A stretch of DNA of 64,000 nt from a candidate division WOR-3 bacterium (GCA_037444665.1 JBBILZ010000001.1:32001-96000); one strand, 5' to 3'. Shown: positions 48,779-58,539, counted from the first letter of the stretch. Made by a program: numbers and translations. The notes: generated by a model not told the origin, from the sequence alone.

Positions 48779-51033
48779 AATCTATTATTTTTATATGTAT
48801 CATTACATTATTGAGTCCTTGTCTCATTTTTTCGGCGACCCGGAATCCTGTTGATGACTTTTCAATTGCACTCAAAAATTATGAGCAGGGTGAATATTAT
48901 ATTGCCCGGGTATTCTTTGAGCAGTTTGTCAATAACAACCCTTATGATACATTAATTCCACAGGCATATTACTATCTATTAAAAATCTATGACCAGAATA
49001 ATGATTTGACGAAATTCTTCAGTCGTGCAAATAAATTTCTTGAGTCTTTCACATATGATAAAAAAAGGGAAGAAATTTTCAATCTGTTGCTCAAAAAACT
49101 TGTAGAGCAGAATACATATTATCTTGCTTATAAATACATTCAGAAATATGATTATATATCCGTTGACACCGTTCTTCTTAGTAAAATCATTCTGAACCTG
49201 AGCACGCAGACGATTTTTATTGATAAATTCTTAGAAATTTTCCCTGAAAATGAATCATTAAAGATTTTAAAGGCATTGACAATAAAAAACTTAAATGAGC
49301 GGACGCAGATATTCCAAACAATAAAAAAACCCAGGAGTAGTTTATATTTAATTGATAATTATCTGCTCATAGGAGATACTGTAAGTGCGTGGGAAGAATA
49401 TCAAAGTATCAAATTGAATGAAATCCCTGAAAATATGTTATACCGGTGGGCAATGTTTGCAATTATCTTCAATGAAAATGACTTGAAGAAAATACTATCC
49501 CGACTGGAGACCTATCCGGAGTTAAAAGAAAAAAAGAAAATCTTAAATATATTCATAGAAAAAAGACTCCCTGACAGTATTTCTATCCAGCAGGACCAGG
49601 ACCTTAAATTTGTCCAGAAATTTTTTAATATGCGCCATATTGATTCAACTCAACTGCTCTTTCCTGAGAACATAAATATGGATTCTATTCTGAATGACAC
49701 ATCCAACATTGAAAATAATCTTTTAAGTTTAAGGCAACAGATTAAATCAAATTATAAACTTGATTCAATCTACTGTGAACATCTTATCAAAAAGCAGGCA
49801 TACGCCGAAGCCTATAATGTGATTAAAGATTATTTACCATATCCTGAAACAAGAAATTTTAGCCGTATGACAAGGGCATTAAAATACTGCGCTGAAAATA
49901 ATTTTAAAATGGCATTGAATGACCTTATATTCTGTTTAAACAACGACCCTTACATAAAGTTCATTTATGCCGAATGCCTTAAACAAACCGGTCGTGACCC
50001 GGTGCCAGTTTACGAAGAACTGTTAGCCAGTTGTCGTGATTCACTGATTAGGTTTCAGAGTTTGAGTGAATATATTAAATACAAATATAATAAAGACGAT
50101 TATCCAGCCATAACCAAAATAGTCTTTCAAGAGATTCAGAATGATACTGATCTTACAAAACTTTATCTTTTGAGCCTTGTCCGCACAGGTAAGACTGCAA
50201 AGGCAGAAACACTTTATCAAAAAATATTCGGTAACCTTGATCTGGATTTCCATAACGCCCGCATCAATTATCTTATGGAAAACAAATTATGGAAAAAAGC
50301 CAGTATCGTACTGGATTCCCTTATCAAAATTACGGAGTATCAGAATAACCAAATCTTAAATTACAATAATGCTCTGGTTGCCTTTTGCACTGAAAATTAT
50401 GCGTATGCTGAAACCTGTTTTCATAATTTCATCAGCCGTTTCAAAAAGAACAAATATTATTATCCAGCATTATTCAAAATTGGGACACTAAAATATTTAA
50501 AGCAGAGTTTTGATTCTGCTGCATATTATTATGGTCTCGCGGCAAAAGATTCTATGCTGCGTATAGAGGCATTACAGAATCAGTTGCTTGCCCTCAAAAA
50601 AAGTGAACGCTGGGCAGAGCTGATTGATGTGGGACAAATGTTTATTAAAATCTGCCCCGATTCAATGAAACCAGATTATTACTTTGAAATTGGCTATGCC
50701 TGTTTAAGGGCAGGGTTAATAAACCAGGCAATAAAAAATCTAAAAACAGCTATCAGTTTAAAATCAAATGTTAATTATCATTACTGGCTCGGTGAAGCAT
50801 ATCTTGGTAAAGGTGATTTTCAAAGGGCTTTGTATCACTATCAAAAAATAGTTTATAACTTTAAAAAAGACGAAATGTGGTATCCAACTGCCCTGTTTAA
50901 AACTGGACTTGCCTTAGAGATGCTTGATGAAATGAAAGAAGCAAAGGAAATTTACCACAGGATTATCAAGGAAAGGGGAACCGGTGATATCTGGGGCAAT
51001 GAAGCACAAAAAAGGCTGGAGTTATTAAAATGA
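48775..51033 (+). CDS. Periplasmic TPR protein (BamD/CpoB-like repeats)
   Basis: Signal peptide; TPRs at the N- and C-termini (YWLGEAY..., ALFKTG). Confidence 0.75.
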   Translation: MKSIIFICIITLLSPCLIFSATRNPVDDFSIALKNYEQGEYYIARVFFEQFVNNNPYDTLIPQAYYYLLKIYDQNNDLTKFFSRANKFLESFTYDKKREEIFNLLLKKLVEQNTYYLAYKYIQKYDYISVDTVLLSKIILNLSTQTIFIDKFLEIFPENESLKILKALTIKNLNERTQIFQTIKKPRSSLYLIDNYLLIGDTVSAWEEYQSIKLNEIPENMLYRWAMFAIIFNENDLKKILSRLETYPELKEKKKILNIFIEKRLPDSISIQQDQDLKFVQKFFNMRHIDSTQLLFPENINMDSILNDTSNIENNLLSLRQQIKSNYKLDSIYCEHLIKKQAYAEAYNVIKDYLPYPETRNFSRMTRALKYCAENNFKMALNDLIFCLNNDPYIKFIYAECLKQTGRDPVPVYEELLASCRDSLIRFQSLSEYIKYKYNKDDYPAITKIVFQEIQNDTDLTKLYLLSLVRTGKTAKAETLYQKIFGNLDLDFHNARINYLMENKLWKKASIVLDSLIKITEYQNNQILNYNNALVAFCTENYAYAETCFHNFISRFKKNKYYYPALFKIGTLKYLKQSFDSAAYYYGLAAKDSMLRIEALQNQLLALKKSERWAELIDVGQMFIKICPDSMKPDYYFEIGYACLRAGLINQAIKNLKTAISLKSNVNYHYWLGEAYLGKGDFQRALYHYQKIVYNFKKDEMWYPTALFKTGLALEMLDEMKEAKEIYHRIIKERGTGDIWGNEAQKRLELLK

Positions 51034-51560
51034 TAAGAAAATCGCCCTATCATTTTATTCGTGGTATCATTCCTTTTGCAGTATTCCCCTATTTTCACTT
51101 ACTACTTACTACTTACTACCTACTACTTACTAACTGCTGCGGTTACTCCACCCGTTCATTATTACCTGGATATATTAAAAAGGTCCATATAAAAATCTTT
51201 GAAAACCAGACCCTTAAGCCTGGGTTGGATGAAATAGCAACCCAGACGACGACTGAAGCATTTCGCAATAATTCAGGTTTGAAAATTGTCAGTGAAGATG
51301 AAGCTGATATTGTTGTCAGTGGCAAAATAACTGGTTTTTCAAAAGACCCTTATGTATATACTGGTGCCCTTGATGTTTCACAATATAAAATTACTGTCAA
51401 ATTCTCGGTTACCTGTTTTGATCAGGTGAAGAATACAATCTACTGGCAAGGTGATATTTCAGATTGGGCAATTTATACTACTGATGAAGATGCAAGTATC
51501 AAAGAAGCAACCAAAAGAGCTGCGGAAAGGCTCGTAACAACTATTTTAACTAACTGGTAA
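51030..51560 (+). CDS. lptE: LPS assembly lipoprotein LptE family
   Basis: Lipobox-like CGY, IKKVHIKIFENQT, AD..VSGKITGF, C-terminal NW. Confidence 0.75.
   Translation: MIRKSPYHFIRGIIPFAVFPYFHLLLTTYYLLLTNCCGYSTRSLLPGYIKKVHIKIFENQTLKPGLDEIATQTTTEAFRNNSGLKIVSEDEADIVVSGKITGFSKDPYVYTGALDVSQYKITVKFSVTCFDQVKNTIYWQGDISDWAIYTTDEDASIKEATKRAAERLVTTILTNW
51097..51131 (+). repeat. Five ACYTACT heptamers inside the lptE signal-peptide coding region
   Basis: ACTTACT x3, ACCTACT, ACTTACT, translated as LLLTTYYLLL. Confidence 0.9.
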
Positions 51561-51652
51561 AATTATTTTTATCTATTGATAAAATGCTGAAATGTAAACA
51601 ATTATGACCTCTATTATTGACATAATTATTTTAATGTCTATAATGATTTAAG

Positions 51653-53698
51653 ATGGAACCAGAAATTTCAATAGTTATTGTTAATTATAATGTCAAACAC
51701 TTTCTGGAACAATGTTTAATGGCAATTGAGCGCGCAAAACATAACCTTACGATAGAAATCATTGTGGTTGACAACGCCTCAGTTGATGGCAGTCAAACCA
51801 TGCTCAAGAAAACATTTCCTCAAGTTAGACTTATTGAAAACCATAATAACCTGGGCTTTGGCAGGGCAAATAATCAGGCATTAAAGATTGCCCGCGGCAA
51901 ATATATATTGATTTTAAATCCCGATACATTAATTCAGGAAGATACCCTTCAGGTATTAAAGAATTTTCTTGATGAACATCAAGAGGCGAGTATGGTAGGT
52001 TGCAAATTGATTAATCCAGATGGTTCATTCCAGATTGCCAGCCGCAGGAGCATCCCGACGCCGTGGGTGGCATTCGCCAAAATCATCGGGTTGAGCAGAA
52101 TGTTTCCAAAAAGCAAAATCTTTGGCAGATATAATCTTACCTATCTCTCCCCAGAGATTGAATCTGAGGTTGATATCCTGTCCGGTTCTCTAATGATGGC
52201 AAGAAAGGATGTCCTTGAAAAAGTAGGCTATTTTGATGAGGATTATTTTATGTATGGGGAGGACATTGATTTGTGTTATAAAATAAAAAAGGCAGGCGGA
52301 AAAATTTACTACACACCAAGAACAAAAGCAATTCATTATAAAGGCGAAAGCACAAAAAAAGGAGAATTTTCTTACATTACCAACTTTTATTCATCAATGT
52401 TAATATTTATTGATAAACATTTCAAAAATCATTATTCGGTATTGGTGAAGTTTATTTTAGTGCTGGGTATATATTTAAGGGCAATTATTGCCTTTTTTCT
52501 CTCTTTTTTTAAAAGCATAACCGCCGTGCTATTTGATTTTCTTATAATCATACTTTGTATCTTTATGGCAATAAAATTATGGCTACCTCATTATCCACTG
52601 ACACGATTTAGCATCATCTTTCCAGTATACACATTGGTCTGGCTGTTCAGTATATATTTATCAGGGGCATACCATCCCCGTGGGAAATACCATATTAAGC
52701 AGGTCATTGCCGGTGCCCTTGTCGGATTTTTATTAAATTCCACATTCACCTACTTTTTTAAGCAGTTTGCATATTCACGGGTAGTAGTCTTGATTGCCTT
52801 TGGCCTGAACACATTTCTTTTAAGTTGCTGGCGTACAATCTATCGCCTCATTGGCCCGCATTCAATCAAACACCCACTTTCTAAACTCCGCCGCACAATT
52901 ATTGTCGGTGCGGGCAAAGAAGGTTTGAGAATTCTTAAGAAATTGAGGACAAGACCTGATATTCCTTATGAAGTATGTGGTTTTGTTGATTTTGATGAAA
53001 AAAATATTGGCAAAGAAGTTGATGGCGCTGAAGTTCTGGCAACAATTAAAAATATCAAAGATGTAATAAAGATACAAAAAATTGATGATGTAATATTTTC
53101 AAGTGACCGCCTCAGTAATAAACAAATACTTGAAACAATATCGTATGCCAGTGGCACAGGCGTAAATTTCCGTATTGTTCCTCATGAACTGGAGTATATT
53201 ATAGCAAAATCATCAGTTGATGAGATTGATACTCTTCCATTATTAGATTTTATGAGTTCTTATGACCCGATTGATTTGATGGCGAAAAGATTCTTTGATA
53301 TTTTTATCGCGGTGATTATGATTATTATATTATCGCCGCTCTGGTTGATAAATTTTATTACAGGAGCAAAATTGGTGGGTAAAAAGATTCTCACTGAAAA
53401 AAATGTGTTAGAAACAATTTACATATTTGAAGGAGGAATACCTTTTTTAAAAAATACACCGCTATATTTTGCGGTCTTAAAAGGAACACTGAGTATGGTC
53501 GGTGCAGAGATGAGTGATATAGATAAACAAAAAGAAAGACCACCATTTAAATTAGGGCTGACAGGATTTGTACAGGTTAAATCCCGTGAAAAGAACAAAA
53601 AACTCAGCCCGCAGGAGAAAATTTATTATAACCTTTATTATTTAAAGAACCGTTCCCTGATTACAGACCTGCAGATTTTATTGAAATCTATATTTTAA
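51653..53698 (+). CDS. GT2 glycosyltransferase fused to a WcaJ/WbaP-like membrane + Rossmann + degenerate sugar-transferase module
   Basis: VIVNYN, VVDNAS.DGS, LNPD, FMYGEDID; TM helices; IVGAG; KRFFD, LKGTLSMVG, GLTG. Confidence 0.85.
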   Translation: MEPEISIVIVNYNVKHFLEQCLMAIERAKHNLTIEIIVVDNASVDGSQTMLKKTFPQVRLIENHNNLGFGRANNQALKIARGKYILILNPDTLIQEDTLQVLKNFLDEHQEASMVGCKLINPDGSFQIASRRSIPTPWVAFAKIIGLSRMFPKSKIFGRYNLTYLSPEIESEVDILSGSLMMARKDVLEKVGYFDEDYFMYGEDIDLCYKIKKAGGKIYYTPRTKAIHYKGESTKKGEFSYITNFYSSMLIFIDKHFKNHYSVLVKFILVLGIYLRAIIAFFLSFFKSITAVLFDFLIIILCIFMAIKLWLPHYPLTRFSIIFPVYTLVWLFSIYLSGAYHPRGKYHIKQVIAGALVGFLLNSTFTYFFKQFAYSRVVVLIAFGLNTFLLSCWRTIYRLIGPHSIKHPLSKLRRTIIVGAGKEGLRILKKLRTRPDIPYEVCGFVDFDEKNIGKEVDGAEVLATIKNIKDVIKIQKIDDVIFSSDRLSNKQILETISYASGTGVNFRIVPHELEYIIAKSSVDEIDTLPLLDFMSSYDPIDLMAKRFFDIFIAVIMIIILSPLWLINFITGAKLVGKKILTEKNVLETIYIFEGGIPFLKNTPLYFAVLKGTLSMVGAEMSDIDKQKERPPFKLGLTGFVQVKSREKNKKLSPQEKIYYNLYYLKNRSLITDLQILLKSIF

Positions 53699-54159
53699 TC
53701 CTCAGGTGGTTTGTTGCGCCCTTTGCGCACTTCCCTTATTAATTCCCTGATCTCCCTTTCAAAATCTTCCTGGAATATCATAAATTTTGCCTGCTGTACT
53801 GGTGTAAGTATCTGCCTTAAATCCTCTATCTCTTTCATCTGCGCAGTTATCCTTTTTTTATGAATCTCCTGAAATTTATTCAAAACATTTACGATTTCCT
53901 GCTCCGGCGTATTATTTTTTAACAAATCTCTCAATTTCTGAATTAATTCCAGCCTTTGTTTTTGAAATTCTTGCTCGGTCTTTCTCATCTCTTTCAGGTG
54001 AGGAAAAAATTTTGTGGTCTGTTCTTCGGTCAGGTCAAGTGCTTCAGTTAATTTATAAATCCTCACCTTCTCAATTATCTCGCGCGGGTCTTTTTTATCG
54101 TATGGTTCCTGTGCTACAAGCAGCAACACAGGCACAAATAACAATATTAATTTTTTCAT
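53695..54159 (-). CDS. Periplasmic Spy/CpxP-like helical protein
   Basis: Signal peptide; LDLTEEQ...LTPVQ motifs. Confidence 0.78.
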   Translation of the reverse strand: MKKLILLFVPVLLLVAQEPYDKKDPREIIEKVRIYKLTEALDLTEEQTTKFFPHLKEMRKTEQEFQKQRLELIQKLRDLLKNNTPEQEIVNVLNKFQEIHKKRITAQMKEIEDLRQILTPVQQAKFMIFQEDFEREIRELIREVRKGRNKPPED

Positions 54160-54195
54160 AGATACCCCCAATGTTTTTTTGAAATTAAAAAAAAT

Positions 54196-54753
54196 CTAAA
54201 GATATTTTTTTCCATATTTCTCGCTAATAACCTCAATAAATTTCCGCTGCTCATCCGTGGTCAAATCTTTTAATCCCTGTTCAATATCTTCGTCAAAGTA
54301 TTCTTCAAGGGCATTAAACTGGCTCACTATATTATTATCAACTATCCTTTCCAGCAACAGGGCATTGAAATATTTATCCTGCGAAAGGCTAAATATGGGC
54401 ACTGAAATTTCCAGGGATTGCTCTTTTTGCCGATTAAAAAGAAGAACAAACACTAATACACCCAGTGCCGGTATAAGAATACTCCAGATTTTCCACAATG
54501 CTTTCTTCAAAACAATCTCCTGCTGGCGCACCCTACTTTTCATTTTTATAAAAACCTCTTCTGCCGGGATAACGACTTCATCTTTATCCATCATTGCATA
54601 AATCTTTTTAATCGCTGACAACTCTTTCTGACATACATCACATTCTTTCAAATGGGCTTCAAATATGCTTTTATTTTGAATATCCAGCAACCCTTCAATA
54701 TAGTCTATGACTCTCTCCTGAAATTGACATTTATTAATTTTTTTATTCATCAT
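54196..54753 (-). CDS. zf-HC2 anti-sigma factor
   Basis: HLKECDVC followed by a single TM helix. Confidence 0.88.
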   Translation of the reverse strand: MMNKKINKCQFQERVIDYIEGLLDIQNKSIFEAHLKECDVCQKELSAIKKIYAMMDKDEVVIPAEEVFIKMKSRVRQQEIVLKKALWKIWSILIPALGVLVFVLLFNRQKEQSLEISVPIFSLSQDKYFNALLLERIVDNNIVSQFNALEEYFDEDIEQGLKDLTTDEQRKFIEVISEKYGKKYL

Positions 54754-55265
54754 ATCCAATCCTTTAATAAAATTCTTAATTTTCTAATCGCCTGAAAATG
54801 ATTTGCCTTTGCAGCGCCTGAAGAGATTCCCATTATCTCTCCAATCTCATCAAATGTATATCCTTCATAGTGTCTGAGGATAAAAGCCATTTTCTGGCGT
54901 CCAGGTAACTTGGCAAGGGCGTCATCTATTGCCTTTTTTAACATCAGATTCCTCTCTCCAGGATTTGGTATTGAACTATCAATTTCCAGTTCGTCATGCG
55001 ATTTTCTTTTAAATGAAATACAGGTATTAATGGTAATACGATAGAGCCAGGTAAAGAATTTACTCCTTTCATCAAATTTTTTAAGATTTCTATAAACCTT
55101 TGTAAAAACTTCCAGTGTGAGTTCCTGGGCATCTGCCTCATTTCTAACATACCGATAACAGATTGAGTAAACAGGATGTTTATACATTTCAAATAGCGAA
55201 TCAAATGCCTTTTCATCACCATTTTTATATCTTCTGACCAATAATAATTCTTCATTATCATTCAT
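54750..55265 (-). CDS. ECF RNA polymerase sigma factor
   Basis: GDEKAF, FFTWLYRI, LP..QK.AF.L...EG.TFDEI; start ATG 55265. Confidence 0.92.
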   Translation of the reverse strand: MNDNEELLLVRRYKNGDEKAFDSLFEMYKHPVYSICYRYVRNEADAQELTLEVFTKVYRNLKKFDERSKFFTWLYRITINTCISFKRKSHDELEIDSSIPNPGERNLMLKKAIDDALAKLPGRQKMAFILRHYEGYTFDEIGEIMGISSGAAKANHFQAIRKLRILLKDWI

Positions 55266-55273
55266 TATATTTT

Positions 55274-55299
55274 GACGCAATTGATTATCCTGTGGTTTA
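55274..55299 (-). promoter_or_regulatory. Probable autoregulatory ECF promoter, leaderless
   Basis: Minus strand TAAAC, 17 bp, CGTC, then 8 nt to the sigma ATG; matches the general AAC/CGT ECF pattern. Confidence 0.6.
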
Positions 55300-55390
55300 A
55301 TCCGCTAAACAATAATAATTATTGGTCTTGATGTCTGAATAACCTGAAGATTGACAAATTGGTGGAATTTTAATGTTAATTAATGCAAAT

Positions 55391-55564
55391 TTAATAATCC
55401 TCCTCGGTATAAGGCTCAAATTGCTCTTTCTCAGCACCACATTCAGGGCACACCCAATCATCAGGAAGCTGTTCAAAAAGTGTGCCTGGTTCAACACCAT
55501 TATCTGGATCCCCGTATTCAGGGTCATAAATATAGCCGCAAATAGTGCATTGCCATTTGCCCAT
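55391..55564 (-). CDS. Rubredoxin (57 aa, absent from the ORF track)
   Basis: [61 protein letters not shown], 16 bp, TATAAT. Confidence 0.97.
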   Translation of the reverse strand: MGKWQCTICGYIYDPEYGDPDNGVEPGTLFEQLPDDWVCPECGAEKEQFEPYTEEDY

Positions 55565-55632
55565 TATACCTCCTTTAAAGCAGTCTATTATATTTATTAA
55601 TTTATACCTGTCAATACAAAAATAATACTAAT

Positions 55633-55977
55633 TTATCTGTGTTGAGGACATATTACTGCACCATTTTCAGAATTATATATATATGTCTGCCCGGTCACCG
55701 GACAAAATGTTTCCTGAGCACTGATATCATTCAAGTCTTCAAGTTTTTCTGGATATTTACCATTCTCTGTATAATATATTTGTATTGCCATTTCTATTTT
55801 TCGTAGCTGTGCCTGGCACTGTAAAATATTTGCCCTTTCTGGCGGTGATACTGCAGCCTGATTTTCTCGGCTTCCCCGTGTATATATTATACCGGCTTTA
55901 TAGACCAGTACTGCTACAATAATCAGTGCAATGATGAGCACAAGAAATGCATAAGTCCTCGCTATTCCTCTTTTCAC
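55633..55977 (-). CDS. Small pilin/pseudopilin-like protein
   Basis: GTG 55977 after TTGACA, 16 bp, TATAAT; N-terminal hydrophobic helix; C...QLRKIEMAIQIYY.ENGKYP..L, CP..G..Y, CPQH. Confidence 0.6.
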   Translation of the reverse strand: MKRGIARTYAFLVLIIALIIVAVLVYKAGIIYTRGSRENQAAVSPPERANILQCQAQLRKIEMAIQIYYTENGKYPEKLEDLNDISAQETFCPVTGQTYIYNSENGAVICPQHR

Positions 55978-56029
55978 AATGGTGATTATAAACAATTTAT
56001 CATAAATGTCAATTATTGATTTAGCTGAG

Positions 56030-56253
56030 GTCTCTCCACTATTCTGATTTATCTTTCCAATTGTAGTTGCCCGATTTATCGGGCGTAGATTAATTTTTAG
56101 GCATTTTGGACTTTTAGGCATTTTAATTTTACAGGGCATAGATACCGGTATGGTTATTGGGCATGGTCTATTTAGTCTTTTTGGTCTATTTTGTTTCTCT
56201 GGTCTTTCTGTTTCTGTTATTTTCTACATACTACTTACTACCTACTACCTACT
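56030..56253. repeat. Composite intergenic repeat, copy B (inverted relative to 1181-1425); includes GTAG-type REP-like GTAGTTGCCCGATTTATCGGGC
   Basis: Exact reverse-complement blocks: 56164-82/1222-40, 56148-60/1293-1305, 56133-41/1312-20, 56069-84/1360-75, 56042-53/1401-12. Confidence 0.8.
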
Positions 56254-56334
56254 CATCCACCCATTCCCTGATTCTACTTGACACCCCTGTTAATACCATA
56301 CTTGCCTGAAAGCCTTTTTTATGTAAAATTAACT

Positions 56335-57000
56335 ATGCCTGAGATAAATCATATAATTCCTGTTTACAAACCTGTTGGGCCGGCAACATTTGATATAATT
56401 AGAATCTTCAAGAAAAAAACCAATTACCAGGGCAAGATAGGCCATGGTGGTTCACTTGACCCATTTGCCTGTGGCGTTGTGCTTCTGCTCTTAGGAAAAG
56501 CAACCCAGCGATTTGAAGAAATATCATCATGGCAAAAAGTTTATATTGCTGGCGCCAGATTGGGCGCAACTTCTACAACCGGAGATGTTGTAGGAGAAAT
56601 AAAGACCGACCCATCCAAAAACCATTCCCAAATAGGACGCCATTTATTAGAAAATACCATAAAAAACTTCATTGGTGAAATAGAGCAAAAAGTCCCCATT
56701 TATTCAGCGGCAAAATTTCAAGGCACCCCGATGTACAAACTCGCGCGCAATGGCATTGAAATAGAAAAGACAAAAAAGGTAAAAGTTTACAATATTGAAT
56801 TTATTTATTTGAAATATCCACTATTAACCCTGAAAATAACCTGTGCCGGTGGAGTTTATATTCGCCAGCTGATACAGGATATAGCTGACAAAATTGGTGA
56901 GAAGGCATTCTTATACTTCCTTGAACGTTGCCAGGTCGGTGAGTTTACAAAAGAAAATTGTATTAGTATTGATAATTTTGATAAAATTACCATTCAATAA
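56335..57000 (+). CDS. truB: tRNA pseudouridine(55) synthase, short form
   Basis: VYKP.G, GHGGSLDPFA.GV, P.YSA.K..G..MYKLAR.G, G.YIR; ATG 56335. Confidence 0.9.
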   Translation: MPEINHIIPVYKPVGPATFDIIRIFKKKTNYQGKIGHGGSLDPFACGVVLLLLGKATQRFEEISSWQKVYIAGARLGATSTTGDVVGEIKTDPSKNHSQIGRHLLENTIKNFIGEIEQKVPIYSAAKFQGTPMYKLARNGIEIEKTKKVKVYNIEFIYLKYPLLTLKITCAGGVYIRQLIQDIADKIGEKAFLYFLERCQVGEFTKENCISIDNFDKITIQ

Positions 57001-57538
57001 TCAAATCTTCTTCAGGAAAAAATTTTTTCTTTATAATGCGACAATATTGTTTATCCTGATAAAATTCAATTTTATTTATTCTATAATTTATCTTTAAACC
57101 AAAATTCTTTGGTGCAATTATTACAAACTCAGCATTCATAATCGGTCTCCCCCATTTCTTGGTCGTTGTTGTAATGTATCTAAAATACCTTTTCTTCAAT
57201 TTCTGGGAATAAGTAATCTTAAATGAATTTTCTCTTCCTGGTTCCATCTTCATAACAAAATAGATTCCATTTGTATCCTTATCAAAGGGATAATGAAGTA
57301 AAATTGTATCTGGGTAATAATGGAATGAATCAACAGGGAAAGGATAGAAAAATTTTACAAATTTTACTGTTTTTGTAGCATTCTCAAAAAAATATTCACC
57401 TGTAACACACACATCCATTGTTCTTAATTCAATAAAAACTTTTTCCGCATAAAAATCAATCTCTATCTTCTTTCTACATTCAATAAAACTGAAGATTAAA
57501 AAAAATATAGTTAATATTAAATATCTGTTCCGCACCAC
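56987..57538 (-). CDS. Hypothetical exported protein
   Basis: Hydrophobic N-terminus with Cys; own promoter TTGAAA, 16 bp, TATAAT. Confidence 0.65.
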   Translation of the reverse strand: MVRNRYLILTIFFLIFSFIECRKKIEIDFYAEKVFIELRTMDVCVTGEYFFENATKTVKFVKFFYPFPVDSFHYYPDTILLHYPFDKDTNGIYFVMKMEPGRENSFKITYSQKLKKRYFRYITTTTKKWGRPIMNAEFVIIAPKNFGLKINYRINKIEFYQDKQYCRIIKKKFFPEEDLIIEW

Positions 57539-57656
57539 ACATTATTATATATAAAAAATCCTTCATTTCAATTGAGACTTATCCATATTTTAGGTTTTTC
57601 TTATCATTGACGAATAAAAAAATTTGTGTATAATTCTCAAGAAAGGAGGTCAACCT

Positions 57657-57752
57657 ATGCCTTGTGGAAGAAAGAGAAAATTAAGAAAGATAAAGCGCCA
57701 TAAATACAAAAAGAGAAGAAAGGCATTACGCCATAAAAAGAAATTAAGATAA
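57657..57752 (+). CDS. Small basic ribosomal protein bS22-like (AURKAIP1/COX24, mS38 family), 31 aa
   Basis: MPCGRKRKLRKIKRHKYKKRRKALRHKKKLR; AGGAGGT RBS; TTGACG, 16 bp, TATAAT. Confidence 0.88.
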   Translation: MPCGRKRKLRKIKRHKYKKRRKALRHKKKLR

Positions 57753-57760
57753 ATAAAAAA

Positions 57761-58531
57761 TTAATTGCGGGTTCTTAAAATAATACCGCGTTTTGATGAT
57801 TTGATAAAATTAATGATGATTTGGGATAACGGTCCAGAGTAATCTTTATCAAAAATATCTAAAATGTGTGATAAATTTTCTTTGGTTCTGTAGATAAGTC
57901 TGAACATATTCTTTATTTGTTCAATTTCTTTATTGGTAAAAGAACGACGCAATAATCCCGGTCTATTTATACCAAAGATTCGTGCGCGATTCCCTCTCGC
58001 CATAAAAAATGGCGGAAGGTCTTTATTCAGGTAGGATTTAGCACCAAGCATTGCATACTTTCCAACACGACAGAATTGATGGATTCCTGCAAGTCCACCA
58101 ATATATGCAAAATCATCAATCTCAACATAACCACCTATCTGGGTGCCACTGGCAATTACTGTATTATTGCCAATCTTAACATTATGGGCAATATGGACAT
58201 AGGTCATAATGAAATTATTGTTGCCGATTATAGTTTTGTTATTTGTGCCGGTTGCCCTTGATATTGTTGCATATTCTCTGATAATATTATTATCACCAAT
58301 GATACACTCTGAATATTCACCATTAAAATGATAATCCTGAGGGTCTGTGCCTAATTGCGCTCCAGAATATATTTTATTATTTTTACCAATTCTTGTTCCC
58401 TTTTTTATCAAAACATAATTACCAATTTCTGTCCCTGCGCCAATTTCAACACCACTCTCAATAATCGTAAACCTACCCACCTTTACTGATTTATGAACCT
58501 TTGCCTTCTTACTGATAAAATCCCCTTTCAT
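57761..58531 (-). CDS. lpxA: UDP-N-acetylglucosamine O-acyltransferase
   Basis: Hexapeptide repeats, PQD, IREY.TI.R.T, HIAHN, IHQF. Confidence 0.95.
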   Translation of the reverse strand: MKGDFISKKAKVHKSVKVGRFTIIESGVEIGAGTEIGNYVLIKKGTRIGKNNKIYSGAQLGTDPQDYHFNGEYSECIIGDNNIIREYATISRATGTNNKTIIGNNNFIMTYVHIAHNVKIGNNTVIASGTQIGGYVEIDDFAYIGGLAGIHQFCRVGKYAMLGAKSYLNKDLPPFFMARGNRARIFGINRPGLLRRSFTNKEIEQIKNMFRLIYRTKENLSHILDIFDKDYSGPLSQIIINFIKSSKRGIILRTRN

Positions 58532-58539
58532 TTTTTTCT

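Noticed and set aside
55978..56334. N-terminal extensions of ORFs 55633..56139 and 56278..57000, and ORF 28946..29179
   Set aside because: They run through repeat DNA or promoter boxes; better starts are GTG 55977 and ATG 56335.
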